In this document: positions 63,201 through 64,000 of the stretch, piece by piece
Layout of the letters: each line of letters starts with the position of its first letter
Position numbering within the stretch: the first letter of the stretch is position 1
Program-made: the position numbers and the translations under genes
Notes under the pieces: generated by a model
The model's input: the letters and a program-made list of their open reading frames with translations, nothing else
Databases searched by the model: none
Told to the model about the DNA's origin: nothing
Source: Monocercomonoides exilis PA203
Lineage: Eukaryota > Protista > Preaxostyla
Direction of reading: 5' to 3'
DNA length: 64,000 bases
Assembly: GCA_001643675.2 (NCBI GenBank)
Contig: LSRY02000049.1
Span: forward strand, 248,001-312,000

Positions 63201-64000
63201 CTTTCTGAAAGTCGCGAGTTCTTCAACAAAATCGATGTCCATCTGCGATATGGAAACTCATTGTATTCAGACAGCAATGATACCATATTAGATAAATTGG
63301 TTACAACACAACTTGAAGGTACAAATTCTGAGTTGGATAAGGTTATGTTTGATCAGGCAACATGTTTACGAACTGACAACTCTGAATGCCCGCCCGACAG
63401 CTCTCGAAACTACCTCCTAACACATTCATTTTCAGGTCTTGATGCTCTTTTCCAAATATTCTTGTCGGATGTGCTTCATATTTCTCGTCTTCCTATTGCT
63501 CTTGTAAGTCCTTCATCTCCTCATTTCCTACGACTTTTCTCTATCGGAAACAATGATTTGTATACAGGAAGCATTCGCTATTCCAACACGCTGTTTCAAC
63601 ATGCCAATTCGTTTGTGGAGCAGGCAAAGCATCAGAACATCAACATCACCATTATCGATTTCAGTGTGTTTTTCGTTGTTGTATTGTTTCTTTTGGTACC
63701 ACTTAGAGGCTATTTCACCAACCTGAATAACCAAACGAGCTTGCTGAATAGTTTGATTCCAGAAATCAACCGAGAGGAGCTTCAGTGGAAAGATGTGTAC
63801 ATCACGCCATTTGCTCCTCTGAACTTTGGAAACAGACGAATTCTATCACTCATCTCTTCAACTGTGGAGTTGTGCGAAGACAAAGACGATTCTTCTTCCT
63901 CTGCAGCTCTCAAAGCAACTGCTGAAAATGTTGTGGCTACGATGCGCATCCAGTTCGACCGTGAAGCCGAATGGATGGCGCAATACGACTATGGAGACGA
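57250..64000 (+). CDS. TmcB/TmcC-like polytopic membrane protein with TPR region and C-terminal hemerythrin-like domain (runs off the window)
   Basis: Eight short GT-AG introns (first 57385-57503, last 59491-59676) give a multi-TM N-terminus. The frame then appears open from 59677 to the window end, with EFWENL...RYERLLIEYPNSSKVLYNYGNLLYEVFRDDETAE (Tmc TPR pattern), paired TM blocks and WKDVYIT...QFDREAEWMAQYDY. Probably missing from the ORF track because it has no stop in the window. Confidence 0.82.

Noticed and set aside
5929-64000. Alternative genetic code (TAA/TAG = Gln), as in some oxymonads
   Set aside because: RPL3 ends at TAA at the expected position and multi-kb exons have no in-frame TAA/TAG.
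1-64000. tRNA, rRNA or other structured RNA genes
   Set aside because: None recognised by eye; a tRNAscan-SE/Infernal run would be needed to exclude them.

Overview
Eukaryotic, intron-rich protist DNA in the standard genetic code, with short AT-rich GT-AG introns and many poly-Ser/poly-Glu tracts. Gene style is most consistent with an oxymonad such as Monocercomonoides (inference). The left arm (1-20 kb) holds a CFAP57/WDR65-like ciliary protein, RPL3, a probable glomulin/ALF4-like protein, a small MBL-fold/DUF4336-like protein, a 1877-aa low-complexity protein and a casein kinase 1. The right arm (52.7-64 kb) holds an unknown coiled-coil protein and an AEC/PIN-like transporter head-to-head with a TmcB/TmcC-like membrane protein that ends in a degenerate hemerythrin domain. 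The middle (20.5-52.5 kb) is a rearranged accessory zone. It contains two long near-perfect inverted repeats, a decayed hAT transposase and gene relics. It also holds a ~9.9-kb beta-helix receptor-pseudokinase gene broken by three homopolymer frameshifts, and several nested MITE families. Two MITE insertions are supported by empty-site copies inside the window. All family assignments come from motif recognition by eye, not from database searches.
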